Shown: positions 42,401-56,900 of the stretch, in pieces
Numbering within the stretch: the first letter of the stretch is position 1
How the letters are laid out: each line of letters begins with the position of its first letter
Assembly: GCA_964057225.1 (NCBI GenBank)
Contig: OZ059900.1
Location: 20,150,001-20,214,000 of the forward strand
Source: Auanema rhodensis
Lineage: Eukaryota > Animalia > Nematoda
Direction: 5' to 3'
Length of the DNA stretch: 64,000 nucleotides
The notes under the pieces: model-generated
What the model saw: only the letters and a program-made list of their open reading frames with translations
Told to the model about the DNA's origin: nothing
Database searches by the model: none
Position numbers and translations under genes: made by a program

Positions 42401-42941
42401 TGAGGGCACGCCCCTTATGGCTAATATTGATTAAATCCATTTTTGTTCATATGAGTCGTCAAATGCAACGAATTTCAGCGTGTTACATACTAAAATGAAG
42501 CATTTTACAAGCTGAACACTAGAAAAATACAAAACACAGTATTTCCCATGAGAAATATTTTATTATGCTGGAAAACCAGTTTTTGGAAATTTCGCTGTAA
42601 ACAAGGTTTTGACTTACGATTTCATGTGTTCAAACTCATGCAATGTCAATGAAACCTAGCTCAAAATTGTTCGTACAACGTCTAGTTCCACTTTCACGAC
42701 AAAAAAACAGGGGTTAGAAAATTAAGGAAATTAGCATATTCTGAGGGCACGCCCCTTATGGCTAATATTGATTAAATCGATTTTTGTTCATATGAGTCGT
42801 CAAATGCAACGAATTTCAGCGTGTTACATACTAAAATGAAGCATTTTACATGCTGAACACTAGAAAAATACAAAAACACAGTATTTCCCATGAGAAATAT
42901 TTTATTATGCTGGAAAACCAGTTTTTGGAAATTTCGCTGTA
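35426..42941 (+). repeat. Higher-order repeat: two tandem copies of an 11-monomer unit (3,758 bp)
   Basis: The same order of variant monomers occurs in 35426-39183 and 39184-42941. Rare markers recur 3,758 bp apart: AAAGGGGACG/GCTGAGC (monomers 36792 and 40550), GAAGCTTAG/CAACAAAT (37134 and 40892), CATACTC (37476 and 41234). Confidence 0.9.
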
Positions 42942-44991
42942 AACAAGGTTTTGACTTACGATTTCATGTGTTCAAACTCATGCAATGTCAATGAAACCTA
43001 GCTCAAAATTGTTCGTACAACGTCTAGTTCCACTTTCACGACAAAAAAACAGGGGTTAGAAAATTAAGGAAATTAGCATATTCTGAGGGCACGCCCCTTA
43101 TGGCTAATATTGATTAAATCGATTTTTGTTCATATGAGTCGTCAAATGCAACAAATTTCAGCGTGTTACATACTAAAATGAAGCATTTTACATGCTGAAC
43201 ACTAGAAAAATACAAAAACACAGTATTTCCCATGAGAAATATTTTATTATGCTGGAAAACCAGTTTTTGGAAATTTCGCTGTAAACAAGGTTTTGACTTA
43301 CGATTTCATGTGTTCAAACTCATGCAATGTCAATGAAACTTAGCTCAAAATTGTTCGTACAACGTCTAGTTCCACTTTCACGACAAAAAAACAGGGGTTA
43401 GAAAATTAAGGAAATTAGCATACTCTGAGGGCACGCCCCTTATGGCTAATATTGATTAAATCGATTTTTGTTCATATGAGTCGTCAAATGCAACGAATTT
43501 CAGCGTGTTACATACTAAAATGAAGCATTTTACATGCTGAACACTAGAAAAATACAAAAACACAGTATTTCCCATGAGAAATATTTTATTATGCTGGAAA
43601 ACCAGTTTTTGGAAATTTCGCTGTAAACAAGGTTTTGACTTACGATTTCATGTGTTCAAACTCATGCAATGTCAATGAAACCTAGCTCAAAATTGTTCGT
43701 ACAACGTCTAGTTCCACTTTCACGACAAAAAAACAGGGGTTAGAAAATTAGGGAAATTAGCATATTCTGAGGGCACGCCCCTTATGGCTAATATTGATTA
43801 AATCCATTTTTGTTCATATGAGTCGTCAAATGCAACGAATTTCAGCGTGTTACATACTAAAATGAAGCATTTTACAAGCTGAACACTAGAAAAATACAAA
43901 ACACAGTATTTCCCATGAGAAATATTTTATTATGCTGGAAAACCAGTTTTTGGAAATTTCGCTGTAAACAAGGTTTTGACTTACGATTTCATGTGTTCAA
44001 ACTCATGCAATGTCAATGAAACCTAGCTCAAAATTGTTCGTACAACGTCTAGTTCCACTTTCACGACAAAAAAACAGGGGTTAGAAAATTAAGGAAATTA
44101 GCATATTCTGAGGGCACGCCCCTTATGGCTAATATTGATTAAATCGATTTTTGTTCATATGAGTCGTCAAAGGCGACGAATTTCAGCGTGTTACATACTA
44201 AAAAGAAGCATTTTACATGCTGAACACTAGAAAAATACAAAAACACAGTATTTCCCATGAGAAATATTTTATTATGCTGGAAAACCAGTTTTTGGAAATT
44301 TCGCTGTAAACAAGGTTTTGACTTACGATTTCATGTGTTCAAACTCATGCAATGTCAATGAAACCTAGCTCAAAATTGTTCGTACAACGTCTAGTTCCAC
44401 TTTCACGACAAAAAAACAGGGGTTAGAAAATTAGGGAAATTAGCATATTCTGAGGGCACGCCCCTTATGGCTAATATTGATTAAATCCATTTTTGTTCAT
44501 ATGAGTCGTCAAATGCAACGAATTTCAGCGTGTTACATACTAAAATGAAGCATTTTACAAGCTGAACACTAGAAAAATACAAAACACAGTATTTCCCATG
44601 AGAAATATTTTATTATGCTGGAAAACCAGTTTTTGGAAATTTCGCTGTAAACAAGGTTTTGACTTACGATTTCATGTGTTCAAACTCATGCAATGTCAAT
44701 GAAACCTAGCTCAAAATTGTTCGTACAACGTCTAGTTCCACTTTCACGACAAAAAAACAGGGGTTAGAAAATTAAGGAAATTAGCATATTCTGAGGGCAC
44801 GCCCCTTATGGCTAATATTGATTAAATCGATTTTTGTTCATATGAGTCGTCAAATGCAACGAATTTCAGCGTGTTACATACTAAAATGAAGCATTTTACA
44901 TGCTGAACACTAGAAAAATACAAAAACACAGTATTTCCCATGAGAAATATTTTATTATGCTGGAAAACCAGTTTTTGGAAATTTCGCTGTA
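40892..44991 (+). repeat. Higher-order repeat: 6-monomer tandem duplication (2,050 bp)
   Basis: The order CAACAAAT, AACTT+CATAC, 341-bp type, AAGGCGAC, 341-bp type, consensus at 40892-42941 is repeated at 42942-44991. Confidence 0.85.
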
Positions 44992-47900
44992 AACAAGGTT
45001 TTGACTTACGATTTCATGTGTTCAAACTCATGCAATGTCAATGAAACCTAGCTCAAAATTGTTCGTACAACGTCTAGTTCCACTTTCACGACAAAAAAAC
45101 AGGGGTTAGAAAATTAGGGAAATTAGCATATTCTGAGGGCACGCCCCTTATGGCTAATATTGATTAAATCCATTTTTGTTCATATGAGTCGTCAAATGCA
45201 ACGAATTTCAGCGTGTTACATACTAAAATAAAGCATTTTACATGCTGAACACTAGAAAAATACAAAAACACAGTATTTCCCATGAGAAATATTTTATTAT
45301 GCTGGAAAACCAGTTTTTGGAAATTTCGCTGTAAACAAGGTTTTGACTTACGATTTCATGTGTTCAAACTCATGCAATGTCAATGAAACCTAGCTCAAAA
45401 TTGTTCGTACAACGTCTAGTTCCACTTTCACGACAAAAAAACAGGGGTTAGAAAATTAGGGAAATTAGCATATTCTGAGGGCACGCCCCTTATGGCTAAT
45501 ATTGATTAAATCCATTTTTGTTCATATGAGTCGTCAAATGCAACGAATTTCAGCGTGTTACATACTAAAATGAAGCATTTTACAAGCTGAACACTAGAAA
45601 AATACAAAACACAGTATTTCCCATGAGAAATATTTTATTATGCTGGAAAACCAGTTTTTGGAAATTTCGCTGTAAACAAGGTTTTGACTTACGATTTCAT
45701 GTGTTCAAACTCATGCAATGTCAATGAAACCTAGCTCAAAATTGTTCGTACAACGTCTAGTTCCACTTTCACGACAAAAAAACAGGGGTTAGAAAATTAA
45801 GGAAATTAGCATATTCTGAGGGCACGCCCCTTATGGCTAATATTGATTAAATCGATTTTTGTTCATATGAGTCGTCAAATGCAACGAATTTCAGCGTGTT
45901 ACATACTAAAATGAAGCATTTTACATGCTGAACACTAGAAAAATACAAAAACACAGTATTTCCCATGAGAAATATTTTATTATGCTGGAAAACCAGTTTT
46001 TGGAAATTTCGCTGTAAACAAGGTTTTGACTTACGATTTCATGTGTTCAAACTCATGCAATGTCAATGAAACCTAGCTCAAAATTGTTCGTACAACGTCT
46101 AGTTCCACTTTCACGACAAAAAAACAGGGGTTAGAAAATTAAGGAAATTAGCATATTCTGAGGGCACGCCCCTTATGGCTAATATTGATTAAATCGATTT
46201 TTGTTCATATGAGTCGTCAAATGCAACGAATTTCAGCGTGTTACATACTAAAATGAAGCATTTTACATGCTGAACACTAGAAAAATACAAAAACACAGTA
46301 TTTCCCATGAGAAATATTTTATTATGCTGGAAAACCAGTTTTTGGAAATTTCGCTGTAAACAAGGTTTTGACTTACGATTTCATGTGTTCAAACTCATGC
46401 AATGTCAATGAAACCTAGCTCAAAATTGTTCGTACAACGTCTAGTTCCACTTTCACGACAAAAAAACAGGGGTTAGAAAATTAGGGAAATTAGCATATTC
46501 TGAGGGCACGCCCCTTATGGCTAATATTGATTAAATCCATTTTTGTTCATATGAGTCGTCAAATGCAACGAATTTCAGCGTGTTACATACTAAAATGAAG
46601 CATTTTACAAGCTGAACACTAGAAAAATACAAAACACAGTATTTCCCATGAGAAATATTTTATTATGCTGGAAAACCAGTTTTTGGAAATTTCGCTGTAA
46701 ACAAGGTTTTGACTTACGATTTCATGTGTTCAAACTCATGCAATGTCAATGAAACCTAGCTCAAAATTGTTCGTACAACGTCTAGTTCCACTTTCACGAC
46801 AAAAAAACAGGGGTTAGAAAATTAAGGAAATTAGCATATTCTGAGGGCACGCCCCTTATGGCTAATATTGATTAAATCGATTTTTGTTCATATGAGTCGT
46901 CAAAGGCGACGAATTTCAGCGTGTTACATACTAAAAAGAAGCATTTTACATGCTGAACACTAGAAAAATACAAAAACACAGTATTTCCCATGAGAAATAT
47001 TTTATTATGCTGGAAAACCAGTTTTTGGAAATTTCGCTGTAAACAAGGTTTTGACTTACGATTTCATGTGTTCAAACTCATGCAATGTCAATGAAACCTA
47101 GCTCAAAATTGTTCGTACAACGTCTAGTTCCACTTTCACGACAAAAAAACAGGGGTTAGAAAATTAGGGAAATTAGCATATTCTGAGGGCACGCCCCTTA
47201 TGGCTAATATTGATTAAATCCATTTTTGTTCATATGAGTCGTCAAATGCAACGAATTTCAGCGTGTTACATACTAAAATGAAGCATTTTACAAGCTGAAC
47301 ACTAGAAAAATACAAAACACAGTATTTCCCATGAGAAATATTTTATTATGCTGGAAAACCAGTTTTTGGAAATTTCGCTGTAAACAAGGTTTTGACTTAC
47401 GATTTCATGTGTTCAAACTCATGCAATGTCAATGAAACCTAGCTCAAAATTGTTCGTACAACGTCTAGTTCCACTTTCACGACAAAAAAACAGGGGTTAG
47501 AAAATTAAGGAAATTAGCATATTCTGAGGGCACGCCCCTTATGGCTAATATTGATTAAATCGATTTTTGTTCATATGAGTCGTCAAATGCAACGAATTTC
47601 AGCGTGTTACATACTAAAATGAAGCATTTTACATGCTGAACACTAGAAAAATACAAAAACACAGTATTTCCCATGAGAAATATTTTATTATGCTGGAAAA
47701 CCAGTTTTTGGAAATTTCGCTGTAAACAAGGTTTTGACTTACGATTTCATGTGTTCAAACTCATGCAATGTCAATGAAACCTAGCTCAAAATTGTTCGTA
47801 CAACGTCTAGTTCCACTTTCACGACAAAAAAACAGGGGTTAGAAAATTAGGGAAATTAGCATATTCTGAGGGCACGCCCCTTATGGCTAATATTGATTAA

Positions 47901-50900
47901 ATCCATTTTTGTTCATATGAGTCGTCAAATGCAACGAATTTCAGCGTGTTACATACTAAAATAAAGCATTTTACATGCTGAACACTAGAAAAATACAAAA
48001 ACACAGTATTTCCCATGAGAAATATTTTATTATGCTGGAAAACCAGTTTTTGGAAATTTCGCTGTAAACAAGGTTTTGACTTACGATTTCATGTGTTCAA
48101 ACTCATGCAATGTCAATGAAACCTAGCTCAAAATTGTTTGTACAACGTCTAGTTCCACTTTCACGACAAAAAAACAGGGGTTAGAAAATTAAGGAAATTA
48201 GCATATTCTGAGGGCACGCCCCTTATGGCTAATATTGATTAAATCGATTTTTGTTCATATGAGTCGTCAAATGCAACGAATTTCAGCGTGTTACATACTA
48301 AAATGAAGCATTTTACATGCTGAACACTAGAAAAATACAAAAACACAGTATTTCCCATGAGAAATATTTTATTATGCTGGAAAACCAGTTTTTGGAAATT
48401 TCGCTGTAAACAAGGTTTTGACTTACGATTTCATGTGTTCAAACTCATGCAATGTCAATGAAACCTAGCTCAAAATTGTTCGTACAACGTCTAGTTCCAC
48501 TTTCACGACAAAAAAACAGGGGTTAGAAAATTAAGGAAATTAGCATATTCTGAGGGCACGCCCCTTATGGCTAATATTGATTAAATCGATTTTTGTTCAT
48601 ATGAGTCGTCAAATGCAACGAATTTCAGCGTGTTACATACTAAAATGAAGCATTTTACATGCTGAACACTAGAAAAATACAAAAACACAGTATTTCCCAT
48701 GAGAAATATTTTATTATGCTGGAAAACCAGTTTTTGGAAATTTCGCTGTAAACAAGGTTTTGACTTACGATTTCATGTGTTCAAACTCATGCAATGTCAA
48801 TGAAACCTAGCTCAAAATTGTTCGTACAACGTCTAGTTCCACTTTCACGACAAAAAAACAGGGGTTAGAAAATTAGGGAAATTAGCATATTCTGAGGGCA
48901 CGCCCCTTATGGCTAATATTGATTAAATCGATTTTTGTTCATATGAGTCGTCAAATGCAACGAATTTCAGCGTGTTACATACTAAAATGAAGCATTTTAC
49001 ATGCTGAACACTAGAAAAATACAAAAACACAGTATTTCCCATGAGAAATATTTTATTATGCTGGAAAACCAGTTTTTGGAAATTTCGCTGTAAACAAGGT
49101 TTTGACTTACGATTTCATGTGTTCAAACTCATGCAATGTCAATGAAACCTAGCTCAAAGTTGTTCGTACAACGTCTAGTTCCACTTTCACGACAAAAAAA
49201 CAGTGGTTAGAAAATTAGGGAAATTAGCATATTCTGAGGGCACGCCCCTTATGGCTAATATTGATTAAATCGATTTTTGTTCATATGAGTCGTCAAATGC
49301 AACGAATTTCAGCGTGTTACATACTAAAATGAAGCATTTTACATGCTGAACACTAGAAAAATACAAAAACACAGTATTTCCCATGAGAAATATTTTATTA
49401 TGCTGGAAAACCAGTTTTTGGAAATTTCGCTGTAAACAAGGTTTTGACTTACGATTTCATGTGTTCAAACTCATGCAATGTCAATGAAACCTAGCTCAAA
49501 ATTATTCGTACAACGTCTAGTTCCACTTTCACGACAAAAAAACAGGGGTTAGAAAATTAAGGAAATTAGCATATTCTGAGGGCACGCCCCTTATGGCTAA
49601 TATTGATTAAATCGATTTTTGTTCATATGAGTCGTCAAATGCAACGAATTTCAGCGTGTTACATACTAAAATGAAGCATTTTACATGCTGAACACTGGAA
49701 AAATACAAAAACACAGTATTTCCCATGAGAAATATTTTATTATGCTGGAAAACCAGTTTTTGGAAATTTCGCTGTAAACAAGGTTTTGACTTACGATTTC
49801 ATGTGTTCAAACTCATGCAATGTCAATGAAACCTAGCTCAAAATTGTTCGTACAACGTCTAGTTCCACTTTCACGACAAAAAAACAGGGGGTAGAAAATT
49901 AGGGAAATTAGCATATTCTGAGGGCACGCCCCTTATGGCTAATATTGATTAAATCGATTTTTGTTCATATGAGTCGTCAAATGCAACGAATTTCAGCGTG
50001 TTACATACTAAAATGAAGCATTTCACATGCTGAACACTGGAAAAATACAAAAACACAGTATTTCCCATGAGAAATATTTTATTATGCTGGAAAACCAGTT
50101 TTTGGAAATTTCGCTGTAAACAAGGTTTTGACTTACGATTTCATGTGTTCAAACTCATGCAATGTCAATGAAACCTAGCTCAAAATTGTTCGTACAACGT
50201 CTAGTTCCACTTTCACGACAAAAAAACAGGGGTTAGAAAATTAAGGAAAATAGCATATTCTGAGGGCACGCCCCTTATGGCTAATATTGATTAAATCGAT
50301 TTTTGTTCATATGAGTCGTCAAATGCAACGAATTTCAGCGTGTTACATACTAAAATGAAGCATTTTACATGCTGAACACTAGAAAAATACAAAAACACAG
50401 TATTTCCCATGAGAAATATTTTATTATGCTGGAAAACCAGTTTTTGGAAATTTCGCTGTAAACAAGGTTTTGACTTACGATTTCATGTGTTCAAACTCAT
50501 GCAATGTCAATGAAACCTAGCTCAAAATTGTTCGTACAACGTCTAGTTCCACTTTCACGACAAAAAAACAGGGGTTAGAAAATTAGGGAAATTAGCATAT
50601 TCTGAGGGCACGCCCCTTATGGCTAATATTGATTAAATCGATTTTTGTTCATATGAGTCGTAAAATGCAACGAATTTCAGCGTGTTACATACTAAAATGA
50701 AGCATTTTACATGCTGAACACTAGAAAAATACAAAAACACAGTATTTCCCATGAGAAATATTTTATTATGCTGGAAAACCAGTTTTTGGAAATTTCGCTG
50801 TAAACAAGGTTTTGACTTACGATTTCATGTGTTCAAACTCATGCAATGTCAATGAAACCTAGCTCAAAATTGTTCGTACAACGTCTAGTTCCACTTTCAC

Positions 50901-53900
50901 GACAAAAAAACAGGGGTTAGAAAATTAAGGAAATTAGCATATTCTGAGGGCACGCCCCTTATGGCTAATATTGATTAAATCGATTTTTGTTCATATGAGT
51001 CGTCAAATGCAACGAATTTCAGCGTGTTACATACTAAAATGAAGCATTTTACATGCTGAACACTAGAAAAATACAAAAACACAGTATTTCCCATGAGAAA
51101 TATTTTATTATGCTGGAAAACCAGTTTTTGGAAATTTCGCTGTAAACAAGGTTTTGACTTACGATTTCATGTGTTCAAACTCATGCAATGTCAATGAAAC
51201 CTAGCTCAAAATTGTTCGTACAACGTCTAGTTCCACTTTCACGACAAAAAAACAGGGGTTAGAAAATTAAGGAAAATAGCATATTCTGAGGGCACGCCCC
51301 TTATGGCTAATATTGATTAAATCGATTTTTGTTCATATGAGTCGTCAAATGCAACGAATTTCAGCGTGTTACATACTAAAATGAAGCATTTTACATGCTG
51401 AACACTAGAAAAATACAAAAACACAGTATTTCCCATGAGAAATATTTTATTATGCTGGAAAACCAGTTTTTGGAAATTTCGCTGTAAACAAGGTTTTGAC
51501 TTACGATTTCATGTGTTCAAACTCATGCAATGTCAATGAAACCTAGCTCAAAATTGTTCGTACAACGTCTAGTTCCACTTTCACGACAAAAAAACAGGGG
51601 TTAGAAAATTAAGGAAATTAGCATATTCTGAGGGCACGCCCCTTATGGCTAATATTGATTAAATCGATTTTTGTTCATATGAGTCGTAAAATGCAACGAA
51701 TTTCAGCGTGTTACATACTAAAATGAAGCATTTTACATGCTGAACACTAGAAAAATACAAAAACACAGTATTTCCCATGAGAAATATTTTATTATGCTGG
51801 AAAACCAGTTTTTGGAAATTTCGCTGTAAACAAGGTTTTGACTTACGATTTCATGTGTTCAAACTCATGCAATGTCAATGAAACCTAGCTCAAAATTGTT
51901 CGTACAACGTCTAGTTCCACTTTCACGACAAAAAAACAGGGGTTAGAAAATTAGGGAAATTAGCATATTCTGAGGGCACGCCCCTTATGGCTAATATTGA
52001 TTAAATCCATTTTTGTTCATATGAGTCGTCAAATGCAACGAATTTCAGCGTGTTACATACTAAAATGAAGCATTTTACAAGCTGAACACTAGAAAAATAC
52101 AAAACACAGTATTTCCCATGAGAAATATTTTATTATGCTGGAAAACCAGTTTTTGGAAATTTCGCTGTAAACAAGGTTTTGACTTACGATTTCATGTGTT
52201 CAAACTCATGCAATGTCAATGAAACCTAGCTCAAAATTGTTCGTACAACGTCTAGTTCCACTTTCACGACAAAAAAACAGGGGTTAGAAAATTAAGGAAA
52301 TTAGCATATTCTGAGGGCACGCCCCTTATGGCTAATATTGATTAAATCGATTTTTGTTCATATGAGTCGTCAAAGGCGACGAATTTCAGCGTGTTACATA
52401 CTAAAAAGAAGCATTTTACATGCTGAACACTAGAAAAATACAAAAACACAGTATTTCCCATGAGAAATATTTTATTATGCTGGAAAACCAGTTTTTGGAA
52501 ATTTCGCTGTAAACAAGGTTTTGACTTACGATTTCATGTGTTCAAACTCATGCAATGTCAATGAAACTTAGCTCAAAATTGTTCGTACAACGTCTAGTTC
52601 CACTTTCACGACAAAAAAACAGGGGTTAGAAAATTAAGGAAATTAGCATATTCTGAGGGCACGCCCCTTATGGCTAATATTGATTAAATCGATTTTTGTT
52701 CATATGAGTCGTCAAATGCAACGAATTTCAGCGTGTTACATACTAAAATGAAGCATTTTACATGCTGAACACTAGAAAAATACAAAAACACAGTATTTCC
52801 CATGAGAAATATTTTATTATGCTGGAAAACCAGTTTTTGGAAATTTCGCTGTAAACAAGGTTTTGACTTACGATTTCATGTGTTCAAACTCATGCAATGT
52901 CAATGAAACCTAGCTCAAAATTGTTCGTACAACGTCTAGTTCCACTTTCACGACAAAAAAACAGGGGTTAGAAAATTAAGGAAATTAGCATACTCTGAGG
53001 GCACGCCCCTTATGGCTAATATTGATTAAATCGATTTTTGTTCATATGAGTCGCCAAATGCAACGAATTTCAGCGTGTTACATACTAAAATGGAGCATTT
53101 TACATGCTGAACACTAGAAAAATACAAAAACACAGTATTTCCCATGAGAAATATTTTATTATGCTGGAAAACCAGTTTTTGGAAATTTCGCTGTAAACAA
53201 GGTTTTGACTTACGATTTCATGTGTTCAAACTCATGCAATGTCAATGAAACCTAGCTCAAAATTGTTCGTACAACGTCTAGTTCCACTTTCACGACAAAA
53301 AAACAGGGGTTAGAAAATTAAGGAAATTAGCATATTCTGAGGGCACGCCCCTTATGGCTAATATTGATTAAATCGATTTTTGTTCATATGAGTCGTCAAA
53401 TGCAACGAATTTCAGCGTGTTACATACTAAAATGAAGCATTTTACATGCTGAACACTAGAAAAATACAAAAACACAGTATTTCCCATGAGAAATATTTTA
53501 TTATGCTGGAAAACCAGTTTTTGGAAATTTCGCTGTAAACAAGGTTTTGACTTACGATTTCATGTGTTCAAACTCATGCAATGTCAATGAAACCTAGCTC
53601 AAAATTGTTCGTACAACGTCTAGTTCCACTTTCACGACAAAAAAACAGGGGTTAGAAAATTAAGGAAAATAGCATATTCTGAGGGCACGCCCCTTATGGC
53701 TAATATTGATTAAATCGATTTTTGTTCATATGAGTCGTCAAATGCAACGAATTTCAGCGTGTTACATACTAAAATGAAGCATTTTACATGCTGAACACTA
53801 GAAAAATACAAAAACACAGTATTTCCCATGAGAAATATTTTATTATGCTGGAAAACCAGTTTTTGGAAATTTCGCTGTAAACAAGGTTTTGACTTACGAT

Positions 53901-56900
53901 TTCATGTGTTCAAACTCATGCAATGTCAATGAAACCTAGCTCAAAATTGTTCGTACAACGTCTAGTTCCACTTTCACGACAAAAAAACAGGGGTTAGAAA
54001 ATTAAGGAAATTAGCATATTTTGAGGGCACGCCCCTTATGGCTAATATTGATTAAATCGATTTTTGTTCATATGAGTCGTCAAATGCAACGAATTTCAGC
54101 GTGTTACATACTAAAATGAAGCATTTTACATGCTGAACACTAGAAAAATACAAAAACACAGTATTTCCCATGAGAAATATTTTATTATGCTGGAAAACCA
54201 GTTTTTGGAAATTTCGCTGTAAACAAGGTTTTGACTTACGATTTCATGTGTTCAAACTCATGCAATGTCAATGAAACCTAGCTCAAAATTGTTCGTACAA
54301 CGTCTAGTTCCACTTTCACGACAAAAAAACAGGGGTTAGAAAATTAGGGAAATTAGCATATTCTGAGGGCACGCCCCTTATGGCTAATATTGATTAAATC
54401 CATTTTTGTTCATATGAGTCGTCAAATGCAACGAATTTCAGCGTGTTACATACTAAAATGAAGCATTTTACATGCTGAACACTAGAAAAATACAAAACAC
54501 AGTATTTCCCATGAGAAATATTTTATTATGCTGGAAAACCAGTTTTTGGAAATTTCGCTGTAAACAAGGTTTTGACTTACGATTTCATGTGTTCAAACTC
54601 ATGCAATGTCAATGAAACCTAGCTCAAAATTGTTCGTACAACGTCTAGTTCCACTTTCACGACAAAAAAACAGGGGTTAGAAAATTAAGGAAATTAGCAT
54701 ATTCTGAGGGCACGCCCCTTATGGCTAATATTGATTAAATCGATTTTTGTTCATATGAGTCGTCAAAGGCGACGAATTTCAGCGTGTTACATACTAAAAA
54801 GAAGCATTTTACATGCTGAACACTAGAAAAATACAAAAACACAGTATTTCCCATGAGAAATATTTTATTATGCTGGAAAACCAGTTTTTGGAAATTTCGC
54901 TGTAAACAAGGTTTTGACTTACGATTTAATGTGTTCAAACTCATGCAATGTCAATGAAACTTAGCTCAAAATTGTTCGTACAACGTCTAGTTCCACTTTC
55001 ACGACAAAAAAACAGGGGTTAGAAAATTAAGGAAATTAGCATATTCTGAGGGCACGCCCCTTATGGCTAATATTGATTAAATCGATTTTTGTTCATATGA
55101 GTCGTCAAATGCAACGAATTTCAGCGTGTTACATACTAAAATGAAGCATTTTACATGCTGAACACTAGAAAAATACAAAAACACAGTATTTCCCATGAGA
55201 AATATTTTATTATGCTGGAAAACCAGTTTTTGGAAATTTCGCTGTAAACAAGGTTTTGACTTACGATTTCATGTGTTCAAACTCATGCAATGTCAATGAA
55301 ACTTAGCTCAAAATTGTTCGTACAACGTCTAGTTCCACTTTCACGACAAAAAAACAGGGGTTAGAAAATTAAGGAAATTAGCATACTCTGAGGGCACGCC
55401 CCTTATGGCTAATATTGATTAAATCGATTTTTGTTCATATGAGTCGTCAAATGCAACGAATTTCAGCGTGTTACATACTAAAATGAAGCATTTTACATGC
55501 TGAACACTAGAAAAATACAAAAACACAGTATTTCCCATGAGAAATATTTTATTATGCTGGAAAACCAGTTTTTGGAAATTTCGCTGTAAACAAGGTTTTG
55601 ACTTACGATTTCATGTGTTCAAACTCATGCAATGTCAATGAAACCTAGCTCAAAATTGTTCGTACAACGTCTAGTTCCACTTTCACGACATTAAAACAGG
55701 GGTTAGAAAATTAGGGAAATTAGCATATTCTGAGGGCACGCCCCTTATGGCTAATATTGATTAAATCGATTTTTGTTCATATGAGTCGCCAAATGCAACG
55801 AATTTCAGCGTGTTACATACTAAAATGGAGCATTTTACATGCTGAACACTAGAAAAATACAAAAACACAGTATTTCCCATGAGAAATATTTTATTATGCT
55901 GGAAAACCAGTTTTTGGAAATTTCGCTGTAAACAAGGTTTTGACTTACGATTTCATGTGTTCAAACTCATGCAATGTCAATGAAACCTAGCTCAAAATTG
56001 TTCGTACAACGTCTAGTTCCACTTTCACGACAAAAAAACAGGGGTTAGAAAATTAGGGAAATTAGCATATTCTGAGGGCACGCCCCTTATGGCTAATATT
56101 GATTAAATCGATTTTTGTTCATATGAGTCGTCAAATGCAACGAATTTTAGCGTGTTACATACTAAAATGAAGCATTTTACATGCTGAACACTAGAAAAAT
56201 ACAAAAACACAGTATTTCCCATGAGAAATATTTTATTATGCTGGAAAACCAGTTTTTGGAAATTTCGCTGTAAACAAGGTTTTGACTTACGATTTCATGT
56301 GTTCAAACTCATGCAATGTCAATGAAACCTAGCTCAAAATTGTTCGTACAACGTCTAGTTCCACTTTCACGACAAAAAAACAGGGGTTAGAAAATTAAGG
56401 AAATTAGCATATTCTGAGGGCACGCCCCTTATGGCTAATATTGATTAAATCGATTTTTGTTCATATGAGTCGTCAAATGCAACGAATTTCAGCGTGTTAC
56501 ATACTAAAATGAAGCATTTTACATGCTGAACACTAGAAAAATACAAAAACACAGTATTTCCCATGAGAAATATTTTATTATGCTGGAAAACCAGTTTTTG
56601 GAAATTTCGCTGTAAACAAGGTTTTGACTTACGATTTCATGTGTTCAAACTCATGCAATGTCAATGAAACCTAGCTCAAAATTGTTCGTACAACGTCTAG
56701 TTCCACTTTCACGACAAAAAAACAGGGGTTAGAAAATTAAGGAAATTAGCATATTTTGAGGGCACGCCCCTTATGGCTAATATTGATTAAATCGATTTTT
56801 GTTCATATGAGTCGTCAAATGCAACGAATTTCAGCGTGTTACATACTAAAATGAAGCATTCTACATGCTGAACACTAGAAAAATACAAAAACACAGTATT

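Noticed and set aside
54735-54944. 69-aa minus-strand ORF (MSLNTLNRK...)
   Set aside because: Created by a private C-to-A change at 54928 that removes a TGA; the consensus frame has 6 stops per monomer.
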